Notes: generated by a model not told the origin, from the letters alone. A DNA stretch of 64,000 nucleotides from Eledone cirrhosa (GCA_964016885.1 OZ024742.1:30442001-30506000); one strand, 5' to 3'; shown: positions 1 through 11,676, numbered from the stretch's first letter. Made by a program: numbers and translations.

Positions 1-282
1 CATCATATTTTATTATACAAATCTAAAATTTGCTAGAGTAGCTATGAAGAAAGTAAACATAGGAAATGCAAAGTGTTCTTACTTCCACGTCCGCCAAAAT
101 CTTGCTATAATTGCGTTAATGAGCCATAAAAACCGGTTCGCTTTACTAATTGGCTTAATAACAGAGATAGCAATAGAGAAATTATTTCTCCTTCTTTTGG
201 CATATTGCAAAGTTACAGAAACAAAATAACTAAAAAGTTACATGCAAAATAAAAAGTGTTCTTACTTCCATGTCCGCCACTG
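1..282. mobile_element. End of a Tc1/mariner-type DNA transposon with IR/DR-type terminal repeat (element continues beyond left edge)
   Basis: Direct repeat AAGTGTTCTTACTTCCA(C/T)GTCCGCCA at 71-96 and 254-279, ending ...CCACTG followed by TA/(TA)n; the reverse complement starts CAGTG as in Tc1-like TIRs. Confidence 0.6.
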
Positions 283-635
283 TATATATATATATATATA
301 TATGAAAAACAAGGGGAGAAGAATACTGCATGGTTGCACATGGATTACATATTATAAAATTAGTCCCTCATCAGTGATTTGCCAACCATCATAGGTATTT
401 CATCGCATTAAAAATCAGATACCTCAGGTTGGTGCGAGCAATAACTAAAATAAGCTATTGGGACAAGTGAAACGCATAACGCGAGTGAGACAAGTAAATA
501 ACAGAAGGAAAAGCAAATATATATATATATATACTGTATATACACTATTTTTTTTCTTAGAAATTCTAGAGTCTACTATCATATGGATGATATTTTCAAG
601 GGGCTGAAATTCCCACTACAGTCTTCACTATATTA

Positions 636-750
636 TCTGAGTTCAAATCCCGCCGAGGTTAACTTTGCCTTTCATCCTTACGGGGTCAATAAAATAAAGT
701 ACCAGTAATGTACTGGGTATTTGCTGGCCTTGTGCCAAAAGTAGAAACAA
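636..750 (+). mobile_element. tRNA-like SINE (dispersed family; other copies about 11030-11340, 15225-15280, 33270-33470, 37870-38040, 41150-41410 minus, 60410-60470, 61800-62000)
   Basis: B-box-like GAGTTCAAATCC followed by a conserved body GCCGAGGT(C/T)AACTTTGCCTTTCATCC...GGGGTCAATAAAATAAAGTACCAG repeated across the window. Confidence 0.75.
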
Positions 751-956
751 TTATTATTATTATTATTTGTTTTATTCTCACTAGCCACTCTTGTCTTGTG
801 TCTATAAATATATATATAGGTTTTTCCGTACGATCTCAGCAAAGTGAGTGTAGAGAGAGAGAAAGACGAAGGAACCGGAAGTGAGACGGAGAAGAGAGAT
901 AATCCCAAAACACACATATATATATATATACATACATACATGTATATATACATAAC

Positions 957-1132
957 GGCTCCCAGTCCACACTGTAAATGTGGTTGGTGTTAAGAAGAGC
1001 ATCCAGCTGTAAAAAAACCTGCTAGAGACGCTTCCGTGAGAGCGAGACATGTTCTCCCGACCATTCCCACATCAAATGGAACAAAACCCATGCTAGCGTC
1101 GAAGATGGACATTAAACGATTATGATGATGAC
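957..1132 (+). mobile_element. SINE-like repeat with RTE-like 3' tail (copies about 6680-6925, 12515-12920, 21155-21330, 29520-29740, 30820-31110, 43230-43435, 57260-57600, 57760-57920, 59660-60000)
   Basis: Recurrent CCCAGTCCACACTGTAAA(T)GTGGTT...GCATCCAGC...CCCATGCTAGCATGGA...GGAC(A/G)TTAAA(C/T)GATGATGAT; tail resembles the 3' end of the RTE copies. Confidence 0.65.
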
Positions 1133-1568
1133 GAGATATATATATATATATATATATATACATTATATTCTCTCTCTCTTTAAATTCTACTTTACATAGC
1201 AATTAACTGTGTTGAGCAAGTTTTCATAATAGTATATTATATAGAGAATATATTTCCATTACCTTACTCTATATATATCTACTTTATAACGACTCTATAT
1301 AGATACTACTTTATATATACTCTACTCTATATATATAGATTCTACTCTATATAGACTCTACTTTATACAGACTCTATATATACTTTACTCCCTATATACT
1401 CTACTTTATATAGACTATATATATATATATATTCTATATATACTTTATATAGGCTCTATATAAGCTCTACTTTATATAAGCCCTCTTCCTCCTCAAAGGT
1501 AGCAATGTGATTAACTATATTGAGCAGACATTCATAATATATTATACAGAGAATATATTTCCCTTTAC

Positions 1569-1644
1569 CTTTAGTTCAGATTTCTCTAACTGATGGTCCA
1601 TTATTTGGAAATGATCCAGCTCATAGGCATAAGGATGGGGGTAG
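1569..1644 (-). CDS. EXOSC10: EXOSC10/Rrp6 coding exon 7 (YPHPYAYELDHFQIMDHQLEKSELK)
   Basis: CAG acceptor 1646-1645, AAG|GTAAAG donor; phase matches exon 6; resembles human FAHPYQYELNHF segment. The acceptor choice is ambiguous because of the adjacent repeat. Confidence 0.85.
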
Positions 1645-2080
1645 CTGAAATATAGAGGATATATTGATGTATAAGGATGGGGGGGTAGCTGAAATATAGA
1701 GGATATATTGATGTATAAGGATAGGAGTAGCTGAAATATAGAGGATATATTGATGTATAAGGATGGGGTAGGTGAAATATAGAGGATATATTGATGTATA
1801 AGGATGGGGTAGGTGAAATATAGAGGATATATTGATGTATAAGGATGGAGGTAGGTGAAATATTGAGGATATATTGATGTATAAGGATGGGGGTAGGTGA
1901 AATATAGAGGACATATTGATGTATAAGGATGGAGGTAGGTGAAATATTGAGGATATATTGATGTATAAGGATGGAGGTAGGTGAAATATAGAGGATATAT
2001 TGATGTATAAGGATGGAGGTAGGTGAAATATAGAGGATATATTGATGTATAAGGATGGGGGTAGCTGAAATATTGATATG
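1630..2080. repeat. About 42-bp minisatellite, about 11 units, spanning the exon-7 acceptor of EXOSC10
   Basis: Unit TATAAGGATGG(A/G)GGTAG(C/G)TGAAATATAGAGGATATATTGATG. Confidence 0.95.
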
Positions 2081-2326
2081 TAAAATATGTGGGTAGCTGG
2101 AATACTGTAGTATCATCACTACCACTTCACAACCCTAGAATCTTAAAGTTCAGTGCAATATATATCAGACAAAACAAAATACCGAAGTGATAAAATGTTA
2201 CAAGTCGTCAGTTAAAAAGTTGTTCCATTTCTCTAAATTGTGAAAGTTGACATACACAGATATGAATGGGGGGGAAGCCTAAAGGATGTTTGTGGACAAG
2301 ATGATGAGTGGTGAGAAGAGGGAGTT

Positions 2327-5300
2327 CAGGTGGACTGGGTGCTTTTTGTTGTGACACCTACATGACCACTTTACAGGGCAGACTGGGTGCTTTTGTTGTG
2401 ACACCTACATGATCACTTTACAGTGTGGGCTGGGTGTTTTTTGTTGTGACACCTACATGATTACTTTACGTGTTGGCTGGGTGCTTTTTGTCATGACATC
2501 TACATGATCACTTTATAGTGTGGGCTGGGTGCTTTTTGTTGTGACACCTATATGATCACTTTACAGTGTGGGCTGGGTGCTTTTTGTCATGACATCTACA
2601 TGATAACTTTACAGTGTGGGCTGGGTGCTTTTTGTTGTGACTCCTACATGAACACTTTATAGTGTGGGCTGGGTGCTTTTTGTTGTGACACCTACATGAT
2701 CACTTTACAGGGCAGACTGAGTGCTTTTGTTGTGACACCTACATGACCACTTTACAGAGTGGGCTGGGTGCTTTTTGTTGTGACACCTACATGACCACTT
2801 TACAGGGCAGACTGGGTGCTTTTGTTGTGACACCTACATGATCACTTTATAGTGTGGGCTGGGTGCTTTTTGTTGCGACACCTACATGATTACTTTACGG
2901 TGTTGGCTGGGTGCTTTTTGTTGTGACACCTACATGATCACTTTACAGTGTGGGCTGGGTGCTTTTTGTCATGACATCTACATGATCACTTTACAGTGTG
3001 GGCTGGGTGCTTTTTGTTGACTCCTACATGAACACTTTATAGTGTGGGCTGGGTGCTTTTTGTTGTGACACCTACATGATCACTTTACAGGGCAGACTGG
3101 GTGCTTTTGTTGTGACACCTACATGACCACTTTACAGAGTGGGCTGGGTGCTTTTTGTTGTGACACCCACATGACCACTTTACAGGGCAGACTGGGTGCT
3201 TTTGTTGTGACACCTACATGACCACTTTACAGAGTGGGCTGGGTGCTTTTTGTTGTGACACCCACATGACCACTTTACAGGGCAGACTGGGTGCTTTTGT
3301 TGTGACACCTACATGACCACTTTACAGAGTGGGCTGGGTGCTTTTTGTTGTGACACCTACATGACCACTTTACAGGGCAGACTGGGTGCTTTTGTTGTGA
3401 CACCTACATGATCACTTTACAGTGTGGGCTGGGTGCTTTTTGTTGTGACACCTACATGATTACTTTACGGTGTTGGCTGGGTGCTTTTTGTTGTGACACC
3501 TACATGATCACTTTACAGTGTGGGCTGGGTGCTTTTTGTCATGACATCTACATGATCACTTTACAGTGTGGGGTGGGTGCTTTTTGTTGTGACTCCTACA
3601 TGAACACTTTATAGTGTGGGGTGGGTGCTTTTTGTTGTGACACCTACATGATCACTTTACAGGGCAGACTGGGTGCTTTTGTTGTGACACCTACATGACC
3701 ACTTTACAGTGTGGGCTGGGTGCTTTTTGTTGTGACACCTACATGACCACTTTACAGGGCAGACTGGGTGCTTTTGTTGTGACACCTACATGATCACTTT
3801 ACAGTGTGGGCTGGGTGCTTTTTGTTGACACCTACATGATCACTTTACAGGGCAGACTTGGTGCTTTTGTTGTGACACCTACATGATCACTTTATAGTGT
3901 GGGCTGGGTGCTTTTTGTTGTGACTCCTACATGAACACTTTATAGTGTGGGCTGGGTGCTTTTTGTTGTGACACCTACATGATCACTTTACAGTGTGGGC
4001 TGGGTGCTTTTTGTTGTGACACCTACATGATCACTTTACAGTGTGGGCTGGGTGCTTTTTGTTGTGACACCTACATGATTACTTTACGGTGTTGGCTGGG
4101 TGCTTTTTGTTGTGACACCTACATGATCACTTTACAGTGTGGGCTGGGTGCTTTTTGTCATGACACCTACATGATCACTTTACAGGGCAGACTTGGTGCT
4201 TTTGTTGTGACACCTAGATGACCACTTTACAGTGTGGGCTGGGTGCTTTTTGTTGTGACACCTACATGACCACTTTACAGGGCAGACTGGGTGCTTTTGT
4301 TGTGACACCTACATGATCACTTTACAGTGTGGGCTGGGTGCTTTTTGTCATGACACCTACATGATCACTTTACAGGGCAGACTTGGTGCTTTTGTTGTGA
4401 CACCTAGATGACCACTTTACAGTGTGGGCTGGGTGCTTTTTGTTGTGACACCTACATGACCACTTTACAGGGCAGACTGGGTGCTTTTGTTGTGACACCT
4501 ACATGATAACTTTACAGTGTGGGCTGGGTGTTTTTTGTTGTGACACCTACATGATCACTTTACAGTGTGGGCTGGGTGCTTTTTGTTGTGACACCTACAT
4601 GATCACTTTACAGTGTGGGCTGAGTGCTTTGTCAAGACACCTACATGACCACTTTACAGGGCAGACTGGGTGCTTTTGTTGTGACACCTAGATGATCACT
4701 TTACAGTGTGGGCTGGGTGTTTTTTGTTGTGACACCTACATGATCACTTTACAGGGCAGACTTGGTGCTTTTGTTGTGACACCTACATGAGCACTTTACA
4801 GTGTGGGCTGGGTGCTTTTTGTTGTGACACCTACACGATCACTTTACAGTGTGGGCTGGGTGCTTTTTGTTGTGACACCTACATGACTACTTTACAGTGT
4901 GGGCTGGGTGCTTTTTGTTGTGACACCTACACGATCACTTTACAGTGTGGGCTGGGTGCTTTTTGTTGTGACACCTACATGATCACTTTACAGTGTGGGC
5001 TGGGTGCTTTTTGTTGTGACACCTACATGATTACTTTACGGTGTTGGCTGGGTGCTTTTTGTTGTGACACCTACATGATCACTTTACAGTGTGGGCTGGG
5101 TGCTTTTTGTCATGACACCTACATGATCACTTTACAGGGCAGACTTTGTGCTTTTGTTGTGACACCTACATGATCACTTTATAGTGTGGGCTGGGTGCTT
5201 TTTGTTGTGATTCCTACATGAACACTTTATAGTGTGGGCTGGGTGCTTTTTGTTGTGACACCTACATGATCACTTTACAGTGTGGGCTGGGTGCTTTTTG

Positions 5301-5545
5301 TTGTGACACCTACATGATTACTTTACGGTGTTGGCTGGGTGCTTTTTGTTGTGACACCTACATGATCACTTTACAGTGTGGGCTGGGTGCTTTTTGTCAT
5401 GACACCTGCATGATCACTTTACAGTGTGGGCTGGGTGCTTTTTGTTGTAACACCTACATGATCACTTTACAGTGTGGGCTGGGTGATTTTTGTCATGACA
5501 CCTACATGACCACTTTACAGGACAGACTGGGTATTTTTTGTTGTG
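2327..5545. repeat. About 48-bp satellite array (3.2 kb) in EXOSC10 intron 6
   Basis: Unit TTACAGTGTGGGCTGGGTGCTTTTTGTTGTGACACCTACATGATCACT with 47-bp GGGCAGACT variants. Confidence 0.97.
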
Positions 5546-5907
5546 TAATTTTAAATCTGCTCAATTACAGCTGAATAGAGTATAACAACAATGAAAATTA
5601 AAAACATGTTCTTGTTGTAACCCTTTTGTTACCACATTACATGATAAAAAGGTAGTCTATGTGTTTCAAATAATATTCAAAATAATCAAGAATTGCATGA
5701 GATTGAGGAATATAACATTGTCATTATCAAGCTGGTGTTTGGAACATAACTTAAAGGTTCTTATATAAAATTATAATGGAAAGTTTAAGTTTAAATATTA
5801 TACAAATATATTACATCTGTATCATAGAACCTGGGGCAGTTCTAGATGGTTTGGTATCAAAAGGGTACAGAAATGATGACGTGCAGAGAATAGAAAACAA
5901 AACTTAC

Positions 5908-5959
5908 GAAAAATCAGGGTCGGATATATTTTCAGCATTAGCATCTATCTTTAGACTCT
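5908..5959 (-). CDS. EXOSC10: EXOSC10 coding exon 6 (ESLKIDANAENISDPDFS)
   Basis: TTGCAG acceptor, TC|GTAAGT donor; 52 nt bridges the phase-1 end of exon 5 and the phase-2 start of exon 7. Confidence 0.75.
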
Positions 5960-7032
5960 CTGCAACAAAAGAGGGACAGAAAAATCACTATGGTTTAATT
6001 TAGTGGTGGCAGGAGGAGGAGGAAAATTAGCAGAGTTACTAGAACATTGGATAGAATGATTTATGATATTGTTCCAGCTCTCAATACTTTCAGTTCAGCT
6101 TTGTCATCCTTTTATGGTTGATAAAGTAACAGCTCAATACTGGGGTTGTTTCTGCCACTATTCTCGCTCTCTATTTCTTTGGCAAAAAATGTACTGTTCT
6201 GACCTGGAGAGGGATCATCATCACCATTTTACGTCCGCTTTTCCCTGCTTGCAAGGGTGTGCTTGGCTAAGTTTAAATGCCTAAGACACAACGTACATAA
6301 TAATGGCATCCCTACGACTCCACAAAGAATTGAGCCCCATTACCAGGATCCAGCTGATAGTTGAAATTGTCTTAACCCTTTTGTGATCTCATTTCTAATG
6401 AAATACATTCTATTTTAATTAATTAATTGATGAATTTTGAAGGATTTACTAAAATTATTTATTATTTCATTAGTAAAATAATAACTTAATGTAAAGTAGT
6501 TACATAAAATTATGTTGGAAGATTTTAATTTAAGTTGAAAACCTTTAAAATGAGCGGTTTTATTTCATTGAACCAGGGCCAGTTTTGGCCGGGTTGGGAA
6601 CTAAAGGATTAAAAGATGTTTGTTTTCATACCTACACTCCAACATAATCTCAGATTTTTAGTTTAGCATTTCATATGTTCATCACCATCATCACCGTTTA
6701 ACATCCATTTTTCCACACTTGCATGGGTTAGATGAGTTGTCAGACCAGATGACCATGTCTTGCTCATACAGAACTGTTTCTAGCTTGGTTTCTACAGTTG
6801 GATGCCTTTCCTACCACATTTACAGTGTGGACTGGGTGCCTTTAGCCTTGAACACTAAATAACCACTTTAGTGTGGACTGTCACCAACACATCCACTATC
6901 CAGAGTGAACTGGGTGCTTTTTTATCATGTTATTGAACTAAAAGATAAATATGATGACAATGATGATGCCAGTTAAACATAAGATAGAAAAAAAACATGA
7001 GGGAAAGGCGCTTAATAATGCATTAATTCACT

Positions 7033-7649
7033 TAACCCTTTAGCATTAACTCTGGGAGGGCTCTGTAGAAACAGTAGCTTCTGCTACCTAGGTGACCGAA
7101 TTAGCAGCGGAGGTGGGTGTTCGGAAAGTACAATAACTAGGGTAAGAACGGGATGGAAGAAATTCAGAGAGCTACTGCCACTGCTAGCTGCAAAAGGCTT
7201 TTCCCTCAAAATGAAAGGCAGACTGTATGATGCGTGTATACGAACAGAGATGTTACATGGTAGTGAGACCTGGGCGCTGTCTGTGGAAGACTTGCGTATA
7301 TTAGAAAGAAACGAAGCCTGTATGCTCCGATGGATGTGTAATAATAATATACACGAACGGCAAAGCATTGAGAGAGAGACCGAGCATAAGAGGAATCAAA
7401 TGTGTGCAGGAGAGGCGGTTGCGGTGTGTATGAAGGATGACAGTTGCATAAAAAGGTGCAGAGCACTAGAAGTCGGTAGAAACCGTGGAGTGGGGAGACC
7501 CAAGATATCAAATCTATGGGATTTTGATATTATATATTTTGAGAACAATACCTTAACATCAGTATGAGTAGCTAGTTACGGTCAGTTTGAACAGAAAGAG
7601 GTGAGAGAATTCTGACTGGATATGGCTGGTTTAAATGCTAAAGGGTTAA
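7033..7649. mobile_element. TTAA-flanked MITE interrupted by a degraded RTE 3' fragment (about 7050-7503)
   Basis: TTAACCCTTTAGCATT...AATGCTAAAGGGTTAA termini; interior encodes KGRLYDACIRTEMLHGSETW (RTE C-terminal region). Confidence 0.65.
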
Positions 7650-7658
7650 TTGACTCAC

Positions 7659-7818
7659 CTTCAAGTGATTTCAGGGCATTGGGCTTCCTTCGGATTCGGG
7701 GAACAAATGAACCGTTGGAATTATTGATATCATCCATAAACTTAATCTGTGGTCTGATTAGTTGACGTCCTGTAATCAGTCGGTATTTACTGGGAGTTAC
7801 AGACGAAGCAGCTGCGGG
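7659..7818 (-). CDS. EXOSC10: EXOSC10 coding exon 5 (PAAASSVTPSKYRLITGRQLIRPQIKFMDDINNSNGSFVPRIRRKPNALKSLE)
   Basis: CCTCAG acceptor, G|GTGAGT donor; resembles the human RPQLKFREKIDNSNTPFLPKIFIKPNA motif. Confidence 0.92.
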
Positions 7819-7966
7819 CTGAGGAAGAAAACAAAATAACATTGTCAATGTACAGGTGTGCCTGTGTGTGTGTACATACATATATACATGATGATTTCTT
7901 TTGAATGAAACAGTTCTAGTCCTGCAGAAGCCATTTCTATATTAAACATTTATATATATATAAATA

Positions 7967-9893
7967 GTAAGAGCTTTGCCAATCTTCTGTGACGGGGAGA
8001 TCAGAGGCGTGCGGTGTTCCACGTTGCAAGGCTATGTGTCAATGCAAATCAGGATGTTGTTGGAGATAAATGTGTCCGGAATGATGCCGGTGTACTTAGT
8101 GTCACGAATGATCAGAAAAAGGAGGCCTGGAAATGTCATTATGAGAGACTGATGAATGTGGAGAACGAATGGGAGAGAGAGAAATTACCCTCAGTAGATC
8201 CGACAAAGGGACCAGCTATTGAGATTGACGAATATAGGGTCCAAGAGGCGATTAAGGAAATGAAAAATGGTAAGGCTGCTGGACTGTCGAGGATAGTTGC
8301 TGAGATGCTAAAGGCATCAGGGGACGTAGGCACTAAACTGGTTGCACGCATCATCAATCAGGCTATATATATGGTGGTGTCATACCCAAAGACTGGTGCA
8401 GCAGTATTCTCATAAATTGCTACAAAGGTAAAGGGGATGCTCTGGAGAGGAGCAATTATAGGGGTATAAAACTGATGGATCAGGTTATGAAAGTGGCAGA
8501 AAGGATATTAGCACAACTAATTAGAGAAAGGGTCAAACTAGATGAGATGCAGTTTGGTTTTGTGCCTGCGAAAAGTACAACAGATGCCCTCTTCTTGGTG
8601 AGACAATTACAAGAGAGGTTCTTAGAGAAGAATAAGCCACTATACTTAGCCTTTGTTGACCTAGAGAAGGCCTTTGATAGGGTACCCTGATCTGTCATAT
8701 GGTGGTCCCTAAGGAAACTAGGTGTCGAGGAATGGCTTGTGAGGACAGTGCAAACTTTGTACAGAGGTGCTGTCAGTAAAGTCAGGGTAGGAATGGAGTT
8801 TAGTGAGGAATTCCAGACACAAGTAGGAGTACATCAAGGTTCGGTCATCAGCCCGCTCTTGTTCATTATAGTCCTCCAAGCCATAACAGAGGAGTTTAAG
8901 ACTGGCTGTCCATGGGAACTTCTCTATACTGACAATCTGGTTCTTATAGCAGAATCAGTATGGGAGCTAGAGAATAAATTCTGGCTATGGAAACAGCAGT
9001 TGGAAGCAAGAGGACTAAGAGTGAACCTAGCTAAGACAAAAGTGTTGATGAGTAGAAAAGAGGACAAAACTGATTCCATCAGGGAAATGGCCATGTTCGA
9101 TATGCAGACAAGGAACTGGCATAAATTCTATAAAATGCACACAATGCAGATCCTGGGTACACAAGAGATGTAGTGGGATAGCAGGCAAACTAACAGGAAG
9201 GGATAAATACGAAAGCAGTAGATGTACAGGGAAATTAGACAGTAGAAGTCGCATTGATAGACACATTTTTCAAATGCAGGCGGGTGCTATAGAAGTGGTG
9301 GATAGCTTCCGGTACCTAGGAGATCAGATTAGCATGAGTGTTCCGAAGCCATAGTATCTAGAATAAGGACGGGTTGGAAGAAGTTTAGGGAGCTGCTTCC
9401 TCTGCTGACGAAGAAGGGTTTCTCCCTGCGTACGAAAGGCTGGTTATATGATGCCTGTGTGAGGAGCGCGATGCTGCATGGTAGTGAGACATGGGCAGCA
9501 ACTGCAGAGGATATGCGACGGCTAGAGAGAAATGAGGCAAGCATGCTCCGTTGGATGTGCAATGTCAATGTGTGTGAACGACCCAGCATGAATGTGTTGA
9601 GAGAGAAACTGTGTCTGAGAGGGATAGAATGTAGTGTGCGAGAGAGGAGACTGAGGTGGTATGGACATGTGATGCGCATGGAGGATGACCGATGGGTGAA
9701 GAAGTGCCAGGAAATGCCAGTTGAAGGAAGACATGGTAGAGGTAGACCACGAAAAAAATGGGTGGAGGTGGTGAGAGCAGACCTCAGATCGCTGAAGCTC
9801 ACGGTGGAGATGACGAAGTGGAGAGATGCTGTGCTGAATAAGACCCGTCCCACCATTGCAAGCAGGGAAAAGCGGACGCAAGATGATGATGAT
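7967..9893 (+). mobile_element. 5'-truncated RTE-clade LINE (RT domain, Cys-rich insert, C-terminus, (GAT)n tail), disabled
   Basis: ORF fragments 8014-9926 with QFGF, FVDLEKAFDRVP, VGVHQGSVISPLLF, LYTDN (YADD-like) and MLHGSETW; frameshifts and stops; inserted in (TA)n. Confidence 0.92.
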
Positions 9894-10204
9894 GAGATAT
9901 ATATATATATATATAAATATATGTAGAAGTTATATTTAATTTGTTGGGATACAACAAGCAAATATTTTTATAACTGATATAAAGCACTCAACAAAATTTT
10001 TGGAGTAAAAATACAATATATTAACAAATGGAAACTATATTTATAAAACCATATTTATTTCATTATACATATTTCAAGGACACCAAAGCAAATTATGGTG
10101 TGCTTTCATCAGATAAAATATAATATAGATCAGTTTTATAAACAAATATTGACATACCCTTAAAGAATGCGACCATGTCGGTTAGAAGCTCTGATAGGAG
10201 ATAT

Positions 10205-10320
10205 ATATTTTATATAGAAATGGCTTCTACAGGACTAGAACTATTTAATTCGGGAGAAAGATGATTTCTCCCGAATGAACAGTTCTAGTCCAGTAGAAGC
10301 TATTTCTATATTAAATATTT
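10205..10320. repeat. About 110-bp imperfect palindrome (related sequence at 7890-7945 and 18905-18980)
   Basis: ATAGAAATGGCTTCTACAGGACTAGAACT..TTCGGGAGAAA / TTTCTCCCGAA..AGTTCTAGTCCAGTAGAAGCTATTTCTAT. Confidence 0.75.
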
Positions 10321-10646
10321 ATACTCTGCTTTGTATTGAGTACCTTACTTACTGTGGTTACCCCCGATTGAACCCGGGATAAACTTGTATATGCATATAT
10401 ATGCATATATATATGTGTGTGTTTATATAGTTCACGGAAACGACAAACAGAGGTACAAAAAGTCTTATTAGTTTCACGCTTTATATGAGAAAGAGGAAAG
10501 AAAGTTCGATGTGTCAAGCTTTAGCCCTTCTTCAGGAGTAGAAAAATAGAGACAGGATCACAATTGATAATCATAATTTTGAGAGAGGCAGACAGACATG
10601 CAGACAGAGGAAAAACAGACATGAAAATAGTGATGAAGATGGCTAC

Positions 10647-10751
10647 CTTTTGGTTCCAACTGGCAACATTGGTGTTCTTTGGTTTAAAATTCGTAATAAT
10701 AAGTGAATTTTCTTGTTTTTTAATGCCAGAAGCTTCATCTAATAAATTTCC
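10647..10751 (-). CDS. EXOSC10: EXOSC10 coding exon 4 (GNLLDEASGIKKQENSLIITNFKPKNTNVASWNQK)
   Basis: TTGCAG acceptor, AAG|GTAGCC donor, 105 nt; resembles human GILLDEASG...VVSSWNRK. Confidence 0.9.
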
Positions 10752-11546
10752 CTGCAAAATAAGAAAAAAAAGAGATTAAGAAGATTTAATAATTTGCTCA
10801 AAATCCTAAGCGTTTTTCCTAATACTGAGAGCAGGATATGTTAACCCTTTTGATACCAAACCATCAGATCCACCTCTGGCTCTATGAAACAAAACTGTTT
10901 GTTTTAAAGTGTCTATATTTATCTAAAAACTTACCATCATAATTTTGTGTAAGAACCTTTGTTTAGTTATGTTCCAAACACCAGCTTAATAATGAGAAAG
11001 TTATATTACTAAATGAAATCGATGAATTGGCAGTCATTAAAACATCGGACAGAATGCTTTGTGGCATTCATTTCGGCTCTCTGCTCTCCGAGGTCAACTT
11101 TGCCTTTCATCCATTCAAGGACAATAAAATAAGTATCAATCAAGTACTGGAGTTGATTCTTCCTCTATATCTCTTTCTCACTTCCTTTCTCTCACTCTCG
11201 ATACTTCTCTGGAAGATATTTGCTGTACTGACATGGAGAGGAGATGGGCTCCACCAGGTTTTAAAATGAACTAGAAATGTTGTATGTCAATACAGTGCAC
11301 CTATGACTCCAGCAGGAGCTTCAGTATCATGCATATATTACTAAATACCTCCAATGTTTTTATTATTTGAAACTTATATGCAATGTGTTTCATTAGAAAT
11401 ATGGTAGACTGGGCACTTTGTCATGTCACCTTACAGGGTGGACTGAGATGTTTTTTGTGATGCACGGCCACCTTCCAGTTTGGACTGAGCACTTTTTGTG
11501 ATGTCACCAAAGCTGTTAAGAATAACTGCTAAAAGAGAATACTTAC

Positions 11547-11673
11547 AACTCTTTCCAATAACTGGTCATTGGCATCAATGATGTGTTCTAATTTATCTTC
11601 AATTTCTGTTGAGCTGTGATTATCTGTCGCAATATTCCCTTTCACAAGTTGGTGCTTCATGATATTCTGAATG
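11547..11673 (-). CDS. EXOSC10: EXOSC10 coding exon 3 (IQNIMKHQLVKGNIATDNHSSTEIEDKLEHIIDANDQLLERV)
   Basis: TTGCAG acceptor, GTT|GTAAGT donor, 127 nt; resembles human ELEDKFDLLVDANDVILERV (PMC2NT domain). Confidence 0.92.
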
Positions 11674-11676
11674 CTG

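Noticed and set aside
2327-5574. Repetitive Cys-rich ORFs (MITLQCGLGAFCCDTY) and CRISPR-like regularity
   Set aside because: Translations of an intronic satellite; no unique spacers, no cas genes, eukaryotic context
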